A stretch of 64,000 nt of DNA from Eledone cirrhosa (GCA_964016885.1 OZ024743.1:214148001-214212000), one strand, 5' to 3'; shown: positions 1 through 13,790, numbered from the stretch's first letter. Translations and numbers: made by a program. The notes: generated by a model not told the origin, from the letters alone.

Positions 1-135
1 AGACCTGAACAAGAGGTCTGGATGATATCAATGAGCTTGGCTGGTCTCACTTGGAGATCCAGCCGGATCAGTTGGAGACAGTGCGTGAGGACACTTCCAC
101 CACGACAATCTCTGGAATATGTGGACGATGTCTAA
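1..135 (+). mobile_element. 3' end of a degenerate RTE-like LINE ORF
   Basis: Reads LDDINELGWSHLEIQP, similar to the LINE end at 29650-29710 (LDNIHELGSSRLGIQP). Confidence 0.55.
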
Positions 136-1434
136 GAACAACATATCTGTAATATTCGTGTGATAATTCACGCAAATGAACTATATGAATATATATAATG
201 TTTTACAGATGTGGCATTCAACATAGTCATTAGGAAAATGAAATGGCAGTTTGAAAATTCTGATTCCAAGATGATTTGCACTGAATTAAAAAATTGTATT
301 ACTATTTATTCTCATGCTCTTTTAATCATATCGGTGCTTTGTTTTTCGTTATGCAGTAGTTGAGAGAGTTGTCGTTTTCTCGGTTTTTGGTATTCGATAA
401 TTCAGTAATTAGATCACTAAAGTTGAAATTCAATTTACGTGTAAATCGTTTTAATTATACCCGCTCAATTCTCGACACGTCACAAGATTTTATGCCAATG
501 ATTGAATACATTGCGTCAAAACAGACAAGTAGAAAAACAAGAAAAGGATTAACAACACCCGGGTAAAGAGACAAAAGCAAATAACACGTAAACAACAAAA
601 AACTATATTACACTTTTGAATAGGGTAGTAGGAAAAAATATAAACACATTATAAATATATAACGGTAAATCTGCTTATTTAATTTCCTATTGTAAAGATA
701 TCGCAGTTGCACGAATAAAATTAATGGATGCTGTTTCGACAGCATATAATAAATATTTATTGCAATCTGGTTATATCCCTGTCATACGATTGCATAGAGA
801 TTGAGAAAAATTTTCAATCGTAATTACATTTCTTTTAATGACAGATTTATTGCTTGGAATAATGTTTATACCTGTGTGCTGTGATTTGCATTCACAATGA
901 TCAGGGAGTAATTTGAAAAGTAAGACTTAGCATATTATCATGTGTACACACACACACTCACACACACACACACACACGTACACACACGTACAGACACACA
1001 CACACATACACACACACATACATATATATATATATACAAGTAAGTGATGTAGAGTAGAAATATCCGTAGGTATGAAAACGGAAGAAGGAAAGCAGTAGTC
1101 AATCAGGAAAACAGTAGTCAATCAGGTATGAAAGCTGATATGTTATATTGTTTATTTATGTTGATACACAGAACAAAAGCGCTAGTTATACCTCATGTTT
1201 CAATCCCAAAAAATTGCGCATAACTCCAGATTGTAAGAGGGATCAAAATTGTGACCGAATCGTCAGGCGCTGAGACTTGTTAGATAAGGTAAAAATTCTT
1301 ATCCGTCTTAGAATCTGGTGATATGGTCAATATTCGGCTTTGAAACCTTAGGTAGCGCTTTAGTTCCGTGTATGAATAAAAGTAAATAATATGATATGAT
1401 CTGATATGATACACACACACACATATATATATAT

Positions 1435-1583
1435 ATGGACTTGAGAGAAACTAGTGGGGCAGTTACAAGCGTAGACAATGATGCAACCAGAAGTTTATGG
1501 TTCTGATTTTGGGAGTAGATGGTGGAAGTGTGATATATGCAGATGGTGAGACTGGTGGCAGTGCAATGCAAACACACACACTT

Positions 1584-1661
<78 letters not shown>

Positions 1662-1810
1662 AAGTGTGTGTGTTTGCATTGCACTGCCACCAGTCTCACC
1701 ATCTGCATATATCACACTTCCACCATCTACTCCCAAAATCAGAACCATAAACTTCTGGTTGCATCATAGTCTACGCTTGTAACTGCCCCACTAGTTTCTC
1801 TCAAGTCCAT
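1435..1810. repeat. Near-perfect palindrome (~165-bp arms) centred on a (TA)n tract
   Basis: 1435-1600 is the reverse complement of 1646-1810. The mirrored ORFs 1308-1748(-) and 1497-1769(+) start with identical peptides. Confidence 0.95.
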
Positions 1811-2859
1811 CATCTCTGCCCTAGTAGCTGCCCTCGCGTCCCACATCTTCAACTCTTTTCTACTCCCATCTGGCCAAGCCCACTCTTTTTCAGCCTCGAC
1901 ATATATGTTCATTTCCAATGCTAAACTCCTCCGTGGCCTCTAAAACTTTCTCAACCTTCGCTTTTCTCTCAACTCTCTAATGCCACTCTCCGCCACCTTG
2001 CCGAGCAGTTCTTCACTCAGCTGTTTTTCTTTCTGTGATGAGTTATATCGACAGGTAACCTAGCTGGCTATTGGAGTGAAAAGGGTACCAACTACTAATG
2101 TATTTATTAGCTACATTGAATCCAAATTAATGTCCAATACATTAGACTCACCTTTGAGTTTATATCAACAACTCTATCGGCACAACCTCACTCACCCGAG
2201 GGCAGTTGAATGCATTTCTTTCTTTCCTCTGCTCCTTCAAACATGCCCTCGATTTCATCATCTCCACCTCCACCACCCCGTCCCTTTCTTGTCATCACTG
2301 TCTCTATTGACCCTTCTCATAATTCCCTCATCTCCTCCGACTTTTTCAAACCCCGACTTCCTCACGGCGTTTGGCCAGCATAGTTATATGACTTTAAAAT
2401 GAGAAAGATTTCAGGTCATCTTGTAAATTATGTCGTATCTGGTAGTAGATTTTAAAGTGATAAAATCACAAGCTTTGCACCAACTTAATTAAATATATAT
2501 TCCACATCATTAAATATATATTCCACGTGGGACCGGCTGGGACTTAGCCCATTCAATAATATACTTCCAACGCTGTAAAAGTTTTCTTATGCTATTCCTA
2601 TATAATGTAAGCTATTGTTAAGGGAAAAATTCGCGTACCTCCAAGTAATTGTAATCTTTTCTGTTAGTGATATGTTACAAATTTCGAAATAAAGGATAAA
2701 CTGAATGAGCATGTACGGAAGAATAAATTTTGCATTATATGGTCGGTCGTTTTCGTGATAACGTCATTTCGAATGAAAAGAGTACCATTTTTCTCACTTT
2801 TTAGAAATATTTAATCGATTGAATTGCGATTCCCTGATATATATAAAAAGAACTTCGTA

Positions 2860-3680
2860 GATTTCCCCCAAAACATTTCATAAAAAAGTCTTTAAATATT
2901 TCTCAAATATTTTACGCAAAATTTTCTTTGGAATTTTCTCAAAATGTTTTCGATCACGAAGAATTTTCTCAAAACTTTCAACAAATTTCTGAAAGTTTTT
3001 TCTCAATTATTTACTAAATATTTTACACATAGTTTTACCAAAATGTTCACAAAATGAAGATTTTTGAAAGATATTTAGACACATTTTAAACGAATATTTT
3101 TTCTGAAAACGAACTGAATTTTATGAAAAAAAATGTTGAGGATATTTGCAGGAAAATACTTTCAGAAAAATTTAATTTCTTCAAATGTTTTCTCTGCGAA
3201 AACCTTTGAAGAAAATTTTAAACGTTTTGAAAATTCTGAAAAAAATATTTTAAAAAATCGTCTGAAAAATTTGATGAAAAGTTCTGAAATAAATTAGGAA
3301 AAATGAATGTTCTTTTTCATATTGCAAAGTTTACTTTCACATAATCCCGTCTACCATTAGAATTTAACATTGTATGTATTCAAATATACATGTAAATAAA
3401 GACAAAATAATATATATGTGATGTAGCGGTATAACGTAACAAAGAATGTAGATCGTTATATCTGAAAGTGAACGTATGTAATGATTCAAATCTATTTATC
3501 AAATAATTAATTATTTTACTAAACTTTCATTAAACTTCTTAAAATTTCTCCAACAATTCCATAAAATATTCTTTTATAATATTTCTCAAAATGTCTCTAA
3601 ACTACTTTCATCAAAATCTTCTTGGAAATTTCATAAAATTATTGTAGGAAAAATTTGTCTGAAATTTTCTACAATTTTTT
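2860..3680. repeat. AT-rich low-complexity tract of GAAAATTTT/AAAATTTTC-like words
   Basis: Dense short A and T runs on both strands, with no fixed period visible. Confidence 0.5.
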
Positions 3681-3809
3681 CTCAGAGAGATAGAGAGAGA
3701 GAGAGAAAGAGAGAGAGAGAGGATGGTGATAATGTCTGAATTCTAATGAAAGAGGCTTGAAACTATGTTAGAAACCGGTTCTCTGTCTATTGGTGAAAAT
3801 TCATAAAAC

Positions 3810-3912
3810 AATTGTTTCAAGGCCTTCCATTATTCCAATGCATTACTGGTACTTTATTTTATCGAACCTGTAAGGATGAAAGGCAACGTTAACCTTGGCG
3901 GGACTTTACCTT
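3810..3912 (-). mobile_element. SINE fragment (octopus-type tRNA SINE)
   Basis: ACTGGTACTTTATTTTATCGA...AAGGATGAAAGGCAA matches the copies at 19055, 34148, 37765 and 53562. Confidence 0.8.
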
Positions 3913-4064
3913 CCATGAAATAATAAAACGAGAACACACATACATGCGTACATACTTGTCACATAGTTACATACACACATACATACATATATACATACAT
4001 ACATTCATACATACCTACATGAGTACATACATACATACAAAAATACATACATAAATACATACCT

Positions 4065-4340
4065 TCAAAACTAACATTTTCCGGGTTTTCTTGAAACAAT
4101 ATTGCTATGAACATTTTCTTCCATAATTTCCCATTGAATTTACAATTCAGCCAAGTGTAATTCATGAACAAAAAATCCGCATGCAAGATCCTCCCAAGTA
4201 AAACAAGAACAATAGCAATAGGAAATAAAGAAAGCCTGCTTAATTTAATATAGTGAGAACAGCAGAGGAGCCGAGGACTTTTCTTACATAGAATGTTGTC
4301 ATTTTTGTATTGGCAAATTAATACTGTCATATTATTTCGT
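4065..4340 (-). pseudogene. TIR-domain C-terminal remnant (TLR-like)
   Basis: ORF reads IVLVLLGRI...NYTWLN...LWKKMFIAI, resembling the TIR beta-D strand and box 3 (FWxxLxxAI). Confidence 0.5.
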
Positions 4341-5018
4341 AAATTATAATAATTTCAACTTTTCCTTTCAAACTTTATTCAATTATCTATTTCTATGATT
4401 TTTCTCTATTTCTCTCTCTTTCTTTGCTTTTTTCTTTGTTTGTTTTTTTGTTTGTTTGTTTGTTTGTTTGTTTGTTTGTTTGTTTGTTTGTTTCTTTCTT
4501 TCTTTCGTTCTTTCTTGCTATCCCTCTTCTCTCTCTGCCTCTTAAACATCCCTTACCGCTCTAATAATCTGTTTCTCTTATATACGCAAGTTTTCTCAAT
4601 TCTTTCTATGTGTTAGCCAATGTGTATAGATGTGCGTAGGAATTCAGTCTATGATTGTGGTTGTATATGGATGAATAGATGTATGCGTGTATGGATGTAT
4701 GCGTGCATAAATCAGTACGAATTGCGTGTTTGTATCTGGGTATATGTAAATATTTAAATTCATATAAATACACAGTCTACATGTTTGTAAGTAGATGTGT
4801 GTGTGCAAAAAATTTAAATTATACGCATTATATTCTTATGTGTGTTATGTTTTGTGTGTACTCACGATTTTATCAATTTCTCTCCTCGCCCACTTACTCT
4901 GTGCTCTATACAAGTATCTAAATGTTTCTGTATGTATCTATCAGTGTATAAATGTTTATGTGTAAGTACGTGCCCCACAGACTAATTTATGTCCTTCTCT
5001 TAGTATATATATATATTA

Positions 5019-5180
5019 GAAAGTGAGGTTTTTTTACAAAATGAAAAAAAAACGAGGTGTGCTACACAAGTGAAAGTATAAGGTAAAAAGATGAAATCGA
5101 AAAGGCAACTGGAGTGTTTTTGTAAAAAAAATATATATTTATTTGGTTCCTTTAGCGGTTTCGCAGTTCTTGTGCTTTTC

Positions 5181-5181
<1 letters not shown>
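5019..5181 (-). mobile_element. PLE pLTR-like fragment with a truncated hammerhead, same family as 25870-26179
   Basis: Homologous to 25870-26111. Minus strand reads TGAAAA GCAC AAGAA CTGC GAAA CCGC TA AAGGAAC. Flanked by (TA)n. Confidence 0.7.
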
Positions 5182-5236
<55 letters not shown>

Positions 5237-5246
5237 GGTGTATGCG

Positions 5247-5333
<87 letters not shown>

Positions 5334-5585
5334 GCGTGCGTACGTATGTGTGTGCGTGTATCAGAAATCATGGGCCAGTCTATATGTGCAAGTCTGTGCG
5401 TCACACTTGTAACGATGTTTGTGTATCGAGGTGTATTTAAATAACTTCAGAAAACTATCTATAAGTTAAATAACTTATATTTAACTAACATTCTCTCTTC
5501 TTTTCCCCCCTCTGCCCCTTCTCTTTCTTTCTTTCTTTCTTTCTTTGTCTCCCACTCTCTCGCTTTATATATATACGTATATATG

Positions 5586-5671
<86 letters not shown>

Positions 5672-5792
5672 CAATTCATAATAGAAAAATAAACAATAAG
5701 CATATGTCAAAGAAAATATATTCATAACTACTTCACGCAGACGTTTTATTTTTCTTGGTGCAATACTTACTTATATGTGTATATATATATAT

Positions 5793-5893
5793 AGGAACAA
5801 GTATGACCCCGAGCATGACCCACTCTACTACACTTAGAATTACGTACTTTGGTGCGTTATGGTCCATCTGGTTCCTTACCACAATTCCTTCGT

Positions 5894-5894
<1 letters not shown>
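5793..5894 (+). mobile_element. Mini fragment of the family-B pLTR with a 20-bp 5' inversion
   Basis: 5813-5894 matches 13621-13700, and 5793-5812 is the inverse of 13601-13620. (TA)n lies on both sides. Confidence 0.75.
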
Positions 5895-5969
<75 letters not shown>

Positions 5970-6449
5970 TATATATATATATATTTACATACATATATTC
6001 ATGGTATCTATCTATAATATATATGTGTGTGCATGTATGTATGTGTCTCGGTGTATCTATGTATATATGAAGTTAGTTTTTGTGAGTTCTTATTGTGTCT
6101 ATATTGTGAATATGAGTATCAATGCGGAAAACTGATTACAACTTATAAAATAAAGAAAAAAATGAAACGCAAAATTACTCCGCGTATATGTGTGACCCAA
6201 CATATATGTCATCAACGCTAATGGTCTAGAAAATATCAGATAATTCTCCCACTGTTAACATTTACATGAAACGGCATCCTGATGTGACTAGTGAGATAAG
6301 ACAATCTAGAGACACTAATATACAGCAACATAACAGCAACATAACAGCACGTACTTAAATACATATCTCAAATAAAATAAAATGAATATTATATAGAAAG
6401 TGTCATATTTCTGCGTATGAAATAACTTTTTACATGATAAAACAAACGA

Positions 6450-7250
6450 TGATTAAACAAATCCGATGTTTGAAGAGTTGTTAGTACATCTTATTAAATG
6501 TCACAGTTTACCAACCCACACAGCTCTGAGTTCTACTCCTACCGAACGGCATATAAGCTTTTGGAATCAATAGATAGAACATCCAACGGTCAGTGAATTG
6601 TATTCATTTTTAAATCAACAGATGAAATATTTTACTATACTTTGCCCATTAAGGGCATTATTTCAAATCCCAGTAAAATAGATGGCTTATTGAATAGTAT
6701 CATCAATGGAACACCAATGGACAGAAACTTTGTTACAATGAACACCAAGTCGGCATCATTCCTGATTCCGAAATCAAACAGCCTGCATGTATCGTCTTTA
6801 GTAGGATTCCCACTGTGGTTCAAATACAATTGCTTCTGTTGCAACATTTAAAACGAACTGTATATGGGACATCATGTCACCATACATATTCAGGATGTCC
6901 AGACAATAAGCGTTTGCTAATATGAGGAAATAAATACAATATTATCACAATATCCAGACGAAAATATGGCATATTAAGAAACAAGTAAACTCTTATTATT
7001 TTAAGACAGATTTTGTACGGCGCTTTCAGTCATATAACTCCATATTACAAGATGAAAGACAGGGTTTGACAACTTAAAATTGTTTGTGGGAATGGCGAAA
7101 ATATACCTGTACGGACGTAATTGAACATGTTATTCCTGTTTCATTTAAGATCTAGTACTCAAGGAAACAATTACAGTGTTGGTATCACACATAATAACAC
7201 CAGTTAAGATGCCGCACAGTTGAGCGATTATATTATTTTGCTAATACAGT
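6450..7250 (+). pseudogene. Decayed LRR ectodomain (TLR-like)
   Basis: Frameshifted pieces LESIDRTSN, NELYMGHH (6852), AFANMRK (6910), LRQILYGAFSHIT (7001) and LRRCT-like IYLYGRN*TCYSC (7101). Confidence 0.55.
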
Positions 7251-7933
7251 GACGAGAGGTGGTTGTCAGTCATGGATTCATATGGCTATCATTATGACAG
7301 AAAAAATAAAACCAAAATTCAAAAATATATAACACCCACAAAACATGCGAAAGTATTTAAGTTAAGCGTGATATTTGAAATGATTTCATCAAAATCTCAA
7401 TACATTAATTATCAAATAAGTAAGGAAACTATTTAATATGAAAAATAGTAAATGCGAAATTACGCCAGTAAATTTAACGCACCGATATAACTTATCTGTT
7501 TTAATCATTTTCTTCATTTATTTAGTTTTTACAAAATAAAATCTATTAAATGGTTAACTCTATCTAACTACTCTAAATTTGATAAATATATACAAACGCA
7601 ACAACAAACATCAGACGCACACACACACACAGACACAGATATATATATATACACTTCCTTTTGTATTTTATTTGATGTGAAATCATATGTAGAAAGGGTT
7701 ATTCTTTTATTTTGGCATGATCATGCTACTAAGCATTCGTTGAATTTCACATCAGTTTTGTTATTTTTAGATATCCTATTGTTAGGATGGACCCAGAGTA
7801 ACAGATTCATCAGCAAACAAACTCAAGATTGGACAGTTAATTTTCCAAAGCGATAGCGCCAAAACTAGATTAAAAAATGGCTGAGAATCGTGACGAAATG
7901 GTATATATTTTATCTAATAATTCCAAGGAGATG

Positions 7934-7971
<38 letters not shown>

Positions 7972-8027
7972 GACGTAAAATAAGAAAATTTTAAAAATTA
8001 AAAATTAACTTACTTACTAAAATTTTC

Positions 8028-8082
8028 ACTCCAACTAATTAGTTTCTGTAATCATCGAGAATTCATTACGTCATCAGGGAGT
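8028..8082 (-). ncRNA. Type I hammerhead ribozyme motif
   Basis: ACTCC CTGATGA C-GTAAT...ATTAC-A GAAA CTAATTAG TT GGAGT: 5-bp stem I, palindromic stem III, GUU site. Confidence 0.8.
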
Positions 8083-8376
8083 CTATTCTCAGCTAAGTCT
8101 CCAGGCAATGCGGACTCATATAAAAATAATAATTCGGTGGATGGAACAGCTAGCGGGGACTGAATTCCATAGCACTGAAAAAGTTCACTGTTTCTGGTCA
8201 AGTGGCAGATTCTAAAGAATCAATCACGTGACACTGAGGCTAGTCAGGAGGAGTGGGATGGTATAATGACAAGAGCCTACCACTACTACGATGAATTAGT
8301 AGTGGATTTGGCAAGTTTGCTCAACAAATAAATAATTTGGAGATAAATATAGAGTATTAGTATATTTAAATATACT

Positions 8377-8503
<127 letters not shown>

Positions 8504-8510
8504 TGTATAC

Positions 8511-8591
<81 letters not shown>

Positions 8592-8594
8592 TGT

Positions 8595-8640
<46 letters not shown>

Positions 8641-8685
8641 ATACATATATATATACATATATATATATATATATGTATATAGATA

Positions 8686-8723
<38 letters not shown>

Positions 8724-8726
<3 letters not shown>

Positions 8727-9001
8727 CGTTTCTGAATTTGTTTAGCAAGATTCTTTATCTGAAATCGTGTGTTGAAACCGATATTGTTATACTTTGGGAG
8801 GGTCATGTTGCCAATAAGAAACACACGCACCAGTTGCTTTCACTTCAATTTATTATGTATTTATGAATTTATAAACTTACAAATCTACAAATTTACAAAC
8901 TTATAAATTTCTGGTTGGTTGGTTGGTTCCACAACCAGATAGTTGTTTATATATATAGTCATAGTCCTTTCGTCACACAATCTGTGACCTCTTCAGTGAC
9001 T
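8724..9001 (-). mobile_element. Solo pLTR of Penelope family C in (TA)n
   Basis: Near-identical to 51452-51712 in reverse complement. Confidence 0.9.
8957..9001 (-). ncRNA. Minimal hammerhead (family C)
   Basis: AGTCA CTGAAGA G GTCACA GATTG TGTGAC GAAA GGAC TA TGACT. Confidence 0.8.
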
Positions 9002-9009
9002 ATATATAC

Positions 9010-9108
<99 letters not shown>

Positions 9109-9118
9109 AATATATATG

Positions 9119-9164
<46 letters not shown>

Positions 9165-9165
9165 A

Positions 9166-9378
9166 CTGGCAACCTATATCACGTGAAGCGCAGTACTTAC
9201 CATCAACTACTACATAATGCTGTAACTAAGGATTACCGTAAAACTAATCGGTGCGTCATCAATGAAATCAACGATGCTGCGTTTAAAATCACATCTGATC
9301 TCAACATCCGGGACCGGACCGAACCTCTGGACCACATTTCTCCCCACTTTACCCTGAAGGATCACAAATCCAATTTCA
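9166..9378 (+). mobile_element. Inverted internal fragment of Penelope family A
   Basis: Reverse complement of ~11068-11279 with scattered substitutions. Encodes [18 protein letters not shown]...[11 protein letters not shown]. Confidence 0.85.
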
Positions 9379-9498
9379 TACATACCTTCACAAAACATAC
9401 GGGTAATATATACTTACCTATGCAAATAAGTAAACGAATAAACAAAACATATATTTAGCTCCCAGATCAAGACGTAAAATATCCACGTATAGATCGTA

Positions 9499-11627
9499 CT
9501 ATCCGTTAGGGTATAGCGTGGGGCTGTAATACAGGAGTGTTTTGTGCAATTTATGTTTACAATCCGAAATTGCCTCAGATTTTTTGTTTAAGATGTGGTT
9601 TGTGGCGTAGAGTATTTCCGCGGCCTCAGCGGCGCAGAGGTCCCATGGTCTTTTATTTCCGTTATACGATCTAGCCCTAGCTAGGATCTCCCAGTGTAAC
9701 TTATATTGGGTGTGGTTGTCTTTTAGACTTCAAATATAAGCTGAAAGTGACGTCATATTCCTTCTTAGAGCGTAACGAAAAGAATGGGTATGCATGTAAA
9801 GACGCTGCTTGAATCTATTGGCGGTTAACCCTATGTAGGCCCTACGGGACGTGGGTGTTACAACCTTACGTTTGTAGACAATGTTACTAGAGAGGCGTTT
9901 CCCGGATAGGGGGAAATCAACCCGATTCCTACAATTACAGTTAGTACTAACTACAGGGTTGCACGTGTTACTACGGCTAGGTAGTTTAACTAAATTTGAA
10001 GCTGTGATGTTATGTGCAAGGTTAGGAGTCGTAGAGTAAGACATTTAATAGTATTTCTATTAAAAAGTTTACTATATTTATGTGTAGGGGGAAAATGCTT
10101 CGTAATAAGGTAAAGAAAGATCTTAGCTAATGGTGTGGCCACCTACATATTATATGGTGGGTTATACCAACAAATGCGACGGGATCTATTTCTTCTAGGT
10201 CTATTTTCGTACTCTGTATATGCTACCTTATCGACAAATCCACTTCGAGCAAGAGCTTCATTGTAATAAGTGGAATGGTCGTTGAAAATGCGCTCGTTGG
10301 TGGAAAGACGGGAAAGCCTCAACGAAACGTTTCTTGCCAGGTTCTTTGTTATGCTGGCAGGATGGTTGGAATGCTTACTTATGTAATTAAGCGTATCATT
10401 CGGCTTTCTATACGGGTAATATAACCCATTCAATAAGTTGAGGGTAACGTCGAGGTAATTAACGACCGAGAGATTGGCATCAACCTGTATAGAGAGGTTG
10501 AAGCCTTTACAGAAGGCTGTGAGTACTTTTCTGAACCAGTCGCAAGCACGAGGTCCGCACTTAGTCATGGTCAAAAGACCATCGTCACGGTACAAACCAC
10601 CGCCCGCGTTGGGGAATTTGTCCTTGATAGAGAAAATAAGGAAAAGGCCGATAAGATCAGTAACCTCCGTAGAATCACTGGCGCCCATACTCACGTCGAA
10701 TGGGGTACTATTGGATGTTTTAATCCAAATAGAGTCGTCGAAATTAATCACCGACTTTCGAGCATTGAGGATGACATCAACTTCGAAATCCTTAACCACT
10801 GTGAGTGTTTTAGCGAAATTGATAGCTCTAATGAGAAGTGGTAAAGTGATGGAGGAGTAGTAATTGTTGATGTCGAATTGGATAAAACGGCAATGTTCCT
10901 TGTTACATATGCCGTTGAACCAATCAATCACCGCGAAGGAATTGTTCTACAGTGCAAGAGGGGCCAAACTTCTAATTTCAGGTATAATTCTATCAAGAAT
11001 CGTTTTACTAAGTCTACCTAAATCGGAATTCGTAGGGTTAATAAGCCGAATAGAGGGGTTGTTCGGAAAATTGGATTTGTGATCCTTCAGGTTAAAGTGG
11101 GGAGAAAAAGGGTCCAGAGGTTCGGTCCGGTCCCGGATGTTGAGATTAGATGTGATTTTAAACCCAGCATCGTTGATTTCATTGATGACGCACCGATTAG
11201 TTTTACGTTAATCGTTAGTTACAGGATTATGTAGTAGTTGATGGTAAGTACTGCGCTCCACTTGATATAGGTTGCCAGTTTTGTCTGAATGGACGTGCAC
11301 AGCATTAGAATCCTTAATAGAACGAATTCTATTCTTCAGGTCTTGCTGGAAGGAATTGCTCCTATTCCGAAATTTGATACGCCGAATGAGTTCCAAGACA
11401 GCATTTTCGAATGGTAGCAATCCTGGGTTACACGGGGGGTTATTATAGGTTTTAAATCCAAATTTATCCTATTTGTTGTCTGCTTTTCGCGGATTATCGA
11501 AGTAAAAGGCCCGCCAACGAAACCTTTTAATGAACGCGTCTGTTTTCTGTATCAGGAATTTTAGGTATGTTTTCCTGCTTGGTACGGGTATGTTCTTTGT
11601 AGAAATATTCAGATGTTGTTTCTGCAT
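9499..11627 (-). pseudogene. Penelope-like reverse transcriptase/GIY-YIG endonuclease ORF with several stops and a frameshift
   Basis: MQKQHLNISTKNIPVPS...KRFRWRA; IQFDINNYY; MGASDSTE; LYRDDGL; VNYLDVTL; WYNPPY; CNCR...NIVY...YIGLT...FKQR. The YRDD motif suggests a Nematis-like clade (inference). Confidence 0.92.
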
Positions 11628-11738
11628 GATGAATATAAGTCAGAGTGCTCAACCGAGGGAACCAAATAGTAATAATAATAAATTTATATCAAATATATAA
11701 GAACCGTAGAGCAAATATTTATTAAAATAACAGATTAA

Positions 11739-11788
11739 AGTTTAAGCAAAGAATCGCTGCTTTCACCCTTAACGGGATCTTCTGAAAC
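11739..11788 (-). ncRNA. Hammerhead-like motif with CAGAAGA core (family A); mutated inverted copy at 11840-11890(+)
   Basis: GTTT CAGAAGA TCCC GTTAA GGGT GAAA GCA...TGC TT AAAC, sense to and upstream of the ORF. Confidence 0.6.
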
Positions 11789-11906
11789 AAACAACGTTTT
11801 TTGAAATATCCACTTCTGCGTTTACAGATTGACTTTGTTAGTTTCAAAAGATCCCGTTAAGGGTGAAAGCAGCGATTCTTTGCTTAAACTTTAATCTGGT
11901 ATTTTA

Positions 11907-11951
<45 letters not shown>

Positions 11952-11953
<2 letters not shown>

Positions 11954-13699
11954 AACCAGTAAGACCCCGACAGCTGAGCTCAAGCCGTTTCGACGGCTAA
12001 TTCTGGACTAAATGAAAATTTATCCTGGTATTTAAATAGCCGATCTTCTAAAGGGGTAATTCCATATATGGTCAAAGTGATTGTCAAAAATCAGTAGTAA
12101 TTCTGTGGTTGCAAATTAGTAGGGGAGATGGTGGCTAAACCTGCCAGTAGGAGAAAGAGGGGAGGGGGTGGAGTAGACCCAATCAAGCGTTGGTAGTGCC
12201 AGCTACAGCTGGGCATGAGGTCAAAGAAGATACGGAGGAGGGGGAGGGGGAGGAAGTCGGAACGGTAGGTAGAAATATATAAGAAAAGAAAAAATACTGA
12301 GAGTGAAGAAAAGCAAATAAGTGTAAAGAAAAAAGTAAAGTAAATTAAATTCTACGACCTAGGTCTCAGGCTATTGTTATGACACGGGGGGGTAGACTAG
12401 GGCTATAACACCCCACTTGCCGATTTTGCAATGGGTAACCCCTGCTTGCCAAGGAAGACGTAAGATCTTCTTTGTATTCTTTTATCGCTTCCTTTATTTC
12501 CTTCCCCCCACTCTCCTTAGTCCTTCTACCCCAGCTCTTCTCCTTTGTCGGCGTCTTTTCTCGCCCACCCGAGGCTGCCCTTTGGCCCCATGTAGCCTTA
12601 GTACCCCCCCCCCCCCCATCCCCTCCCCTAGTCTATGATAGATTTGGCGGACTCCGCCCTTTATAGCAGTTGGCTTAGACCCCGGATACTTGCCCCCTTT
12701 TTCCGACCGCTCCCACTATTCTCTGTGCCCTCTATATTTCTTAGTGGCACTTATGCCATATTTTTTCGTTTCAGTATTTCTTGCTTCGCTTTTCTTCTGG
12801 GCGGGGTGGATTCTGAATTTATTTCTCCGTATTCTACCTTTATTTCGTACGAACTTTCATGTAGCTTGTTTTAGATCTTTTAGAGTTAGCATTAGTATAT
12901 ATTTTTCTCGGGACTCAGAATTATTATCTCGTACAAGTTCACTTTGCTGTACTGGGTCGTTGCTGGCCCGGGATGGAAACCTTTATGGTTTATTTCGTGG
13001 TAGTCTCTTTAGTATTTTGGCCCCTTTTGTTGACCCGTCACCGTATCATTTACGTACTTATACCTCTTAAAAGGGTCCTTGCCTAATCCGTCCCACCTAG
13101 TTCTTTTATTTATTTCGTTATTTCTTTATTTATTTATTTCTTTACTTCTTTCTTTCTTTCTTTATTTTATTCTAGCCTAACAATAGCCTGAGACCTAGGT
13201 CGTAGAATTTAATTTACTTTACTTTTTTCTTTACACTTATTTGCTTTTCTTCACTCTCAGTATTTTTTCTTTTCTTATATATTTCTACCCCCATTGTTCT
13301 ACCTACCGTTCCGACTTCCTCCCCCTCCCCCTCCCCTGTATCTTCTTTGACCTCATGCCTAGCTGTAGCTGGCACTACCAACGCTTGATTGGGTCTACTC
13401 CACCCCCTCCCATCTTTCTCCTACTGGCAGGTTTAGCCACCATCTCCCCTACTAATTTGCAACCACAGAATTACTACTGATTTTTGACAATCACTTTGAC
13501 CATATATGGAATTACCCCTTGAGAAGATCGGCTATTTAAATACCAGGATAAATTTTCATTTAGTCCAGAATTAGCCGTCGAAACGGCTTGAGCTCAGCTG
13601 TCGGGGTCTTACTGGTTCCTATTACCCACTCTACTACCTCAAGTATTGAGTACTTTGGTGCGTTATGGTCCACCTGGTTCCTTACCACATTTCCTTCGT

Positions 13700-13700
<1 letters not shown>
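11952..13700 (+). mobile_element. Non-coding PLE derivative (family B) with ~430-bp inverted arms
   Basis: 11952-12378 is the reverse complement of ~13180-13620. Pyrimidine-rich spacer, hammerhead in the arms, (TA)n flanks. Confidence 0.85.
13514..13607 (+). ncRNA. Type I hammerhead with U3:A8 core; G5-mutated copy at 11964-12057(-)
   Basis: ACCCC TTGAGAA GA(T)CGGCTA...TAGCCGTC GAAA CGGC TTGAGCTCA GCTG TC GGGGT. Confidence 0.75.

Positions 13701-13790
<90 letters not shown>

Larger units (their letters stand above)
9379..11912 (-). mobile_element. Near full-length Penelope-like element (family A) with an inverted 5' pLTR
   Basis: RT plus C-terminal GIY-YIG. pLTR at 11684-11788 is mirrored by 11840-11912. 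Ends in (TA)n. Confidence 0.92.

Noticed and set aside
1188-1272. Minus-strand CTGACGA...GAAACATG hammerhead candidate
   Set aside because: No UH cleavage site, and stems I and II pair poorly.
3716-3785. GAAACCGGTT hammerhead candidate
   Set aside because: The core (ATGGTGA) has two substitutions and stem I is weak, so it is a fossil at best.
6635-6847. Minus ORF resembling a ubiquitin-like C-terminal half (LFDFGIRNDADLVFIV)
   Set aside because: There is an in-frame stop directly upstream, and the plus strand gives a longer consistent series of LRR-like pieces.
9730-9732. In-frame TGA in the GIY-YIG region as possible selenocysteine
   Set aside because: The sister copy has TGG (Trp) at this codon, and the ORF has other stops.
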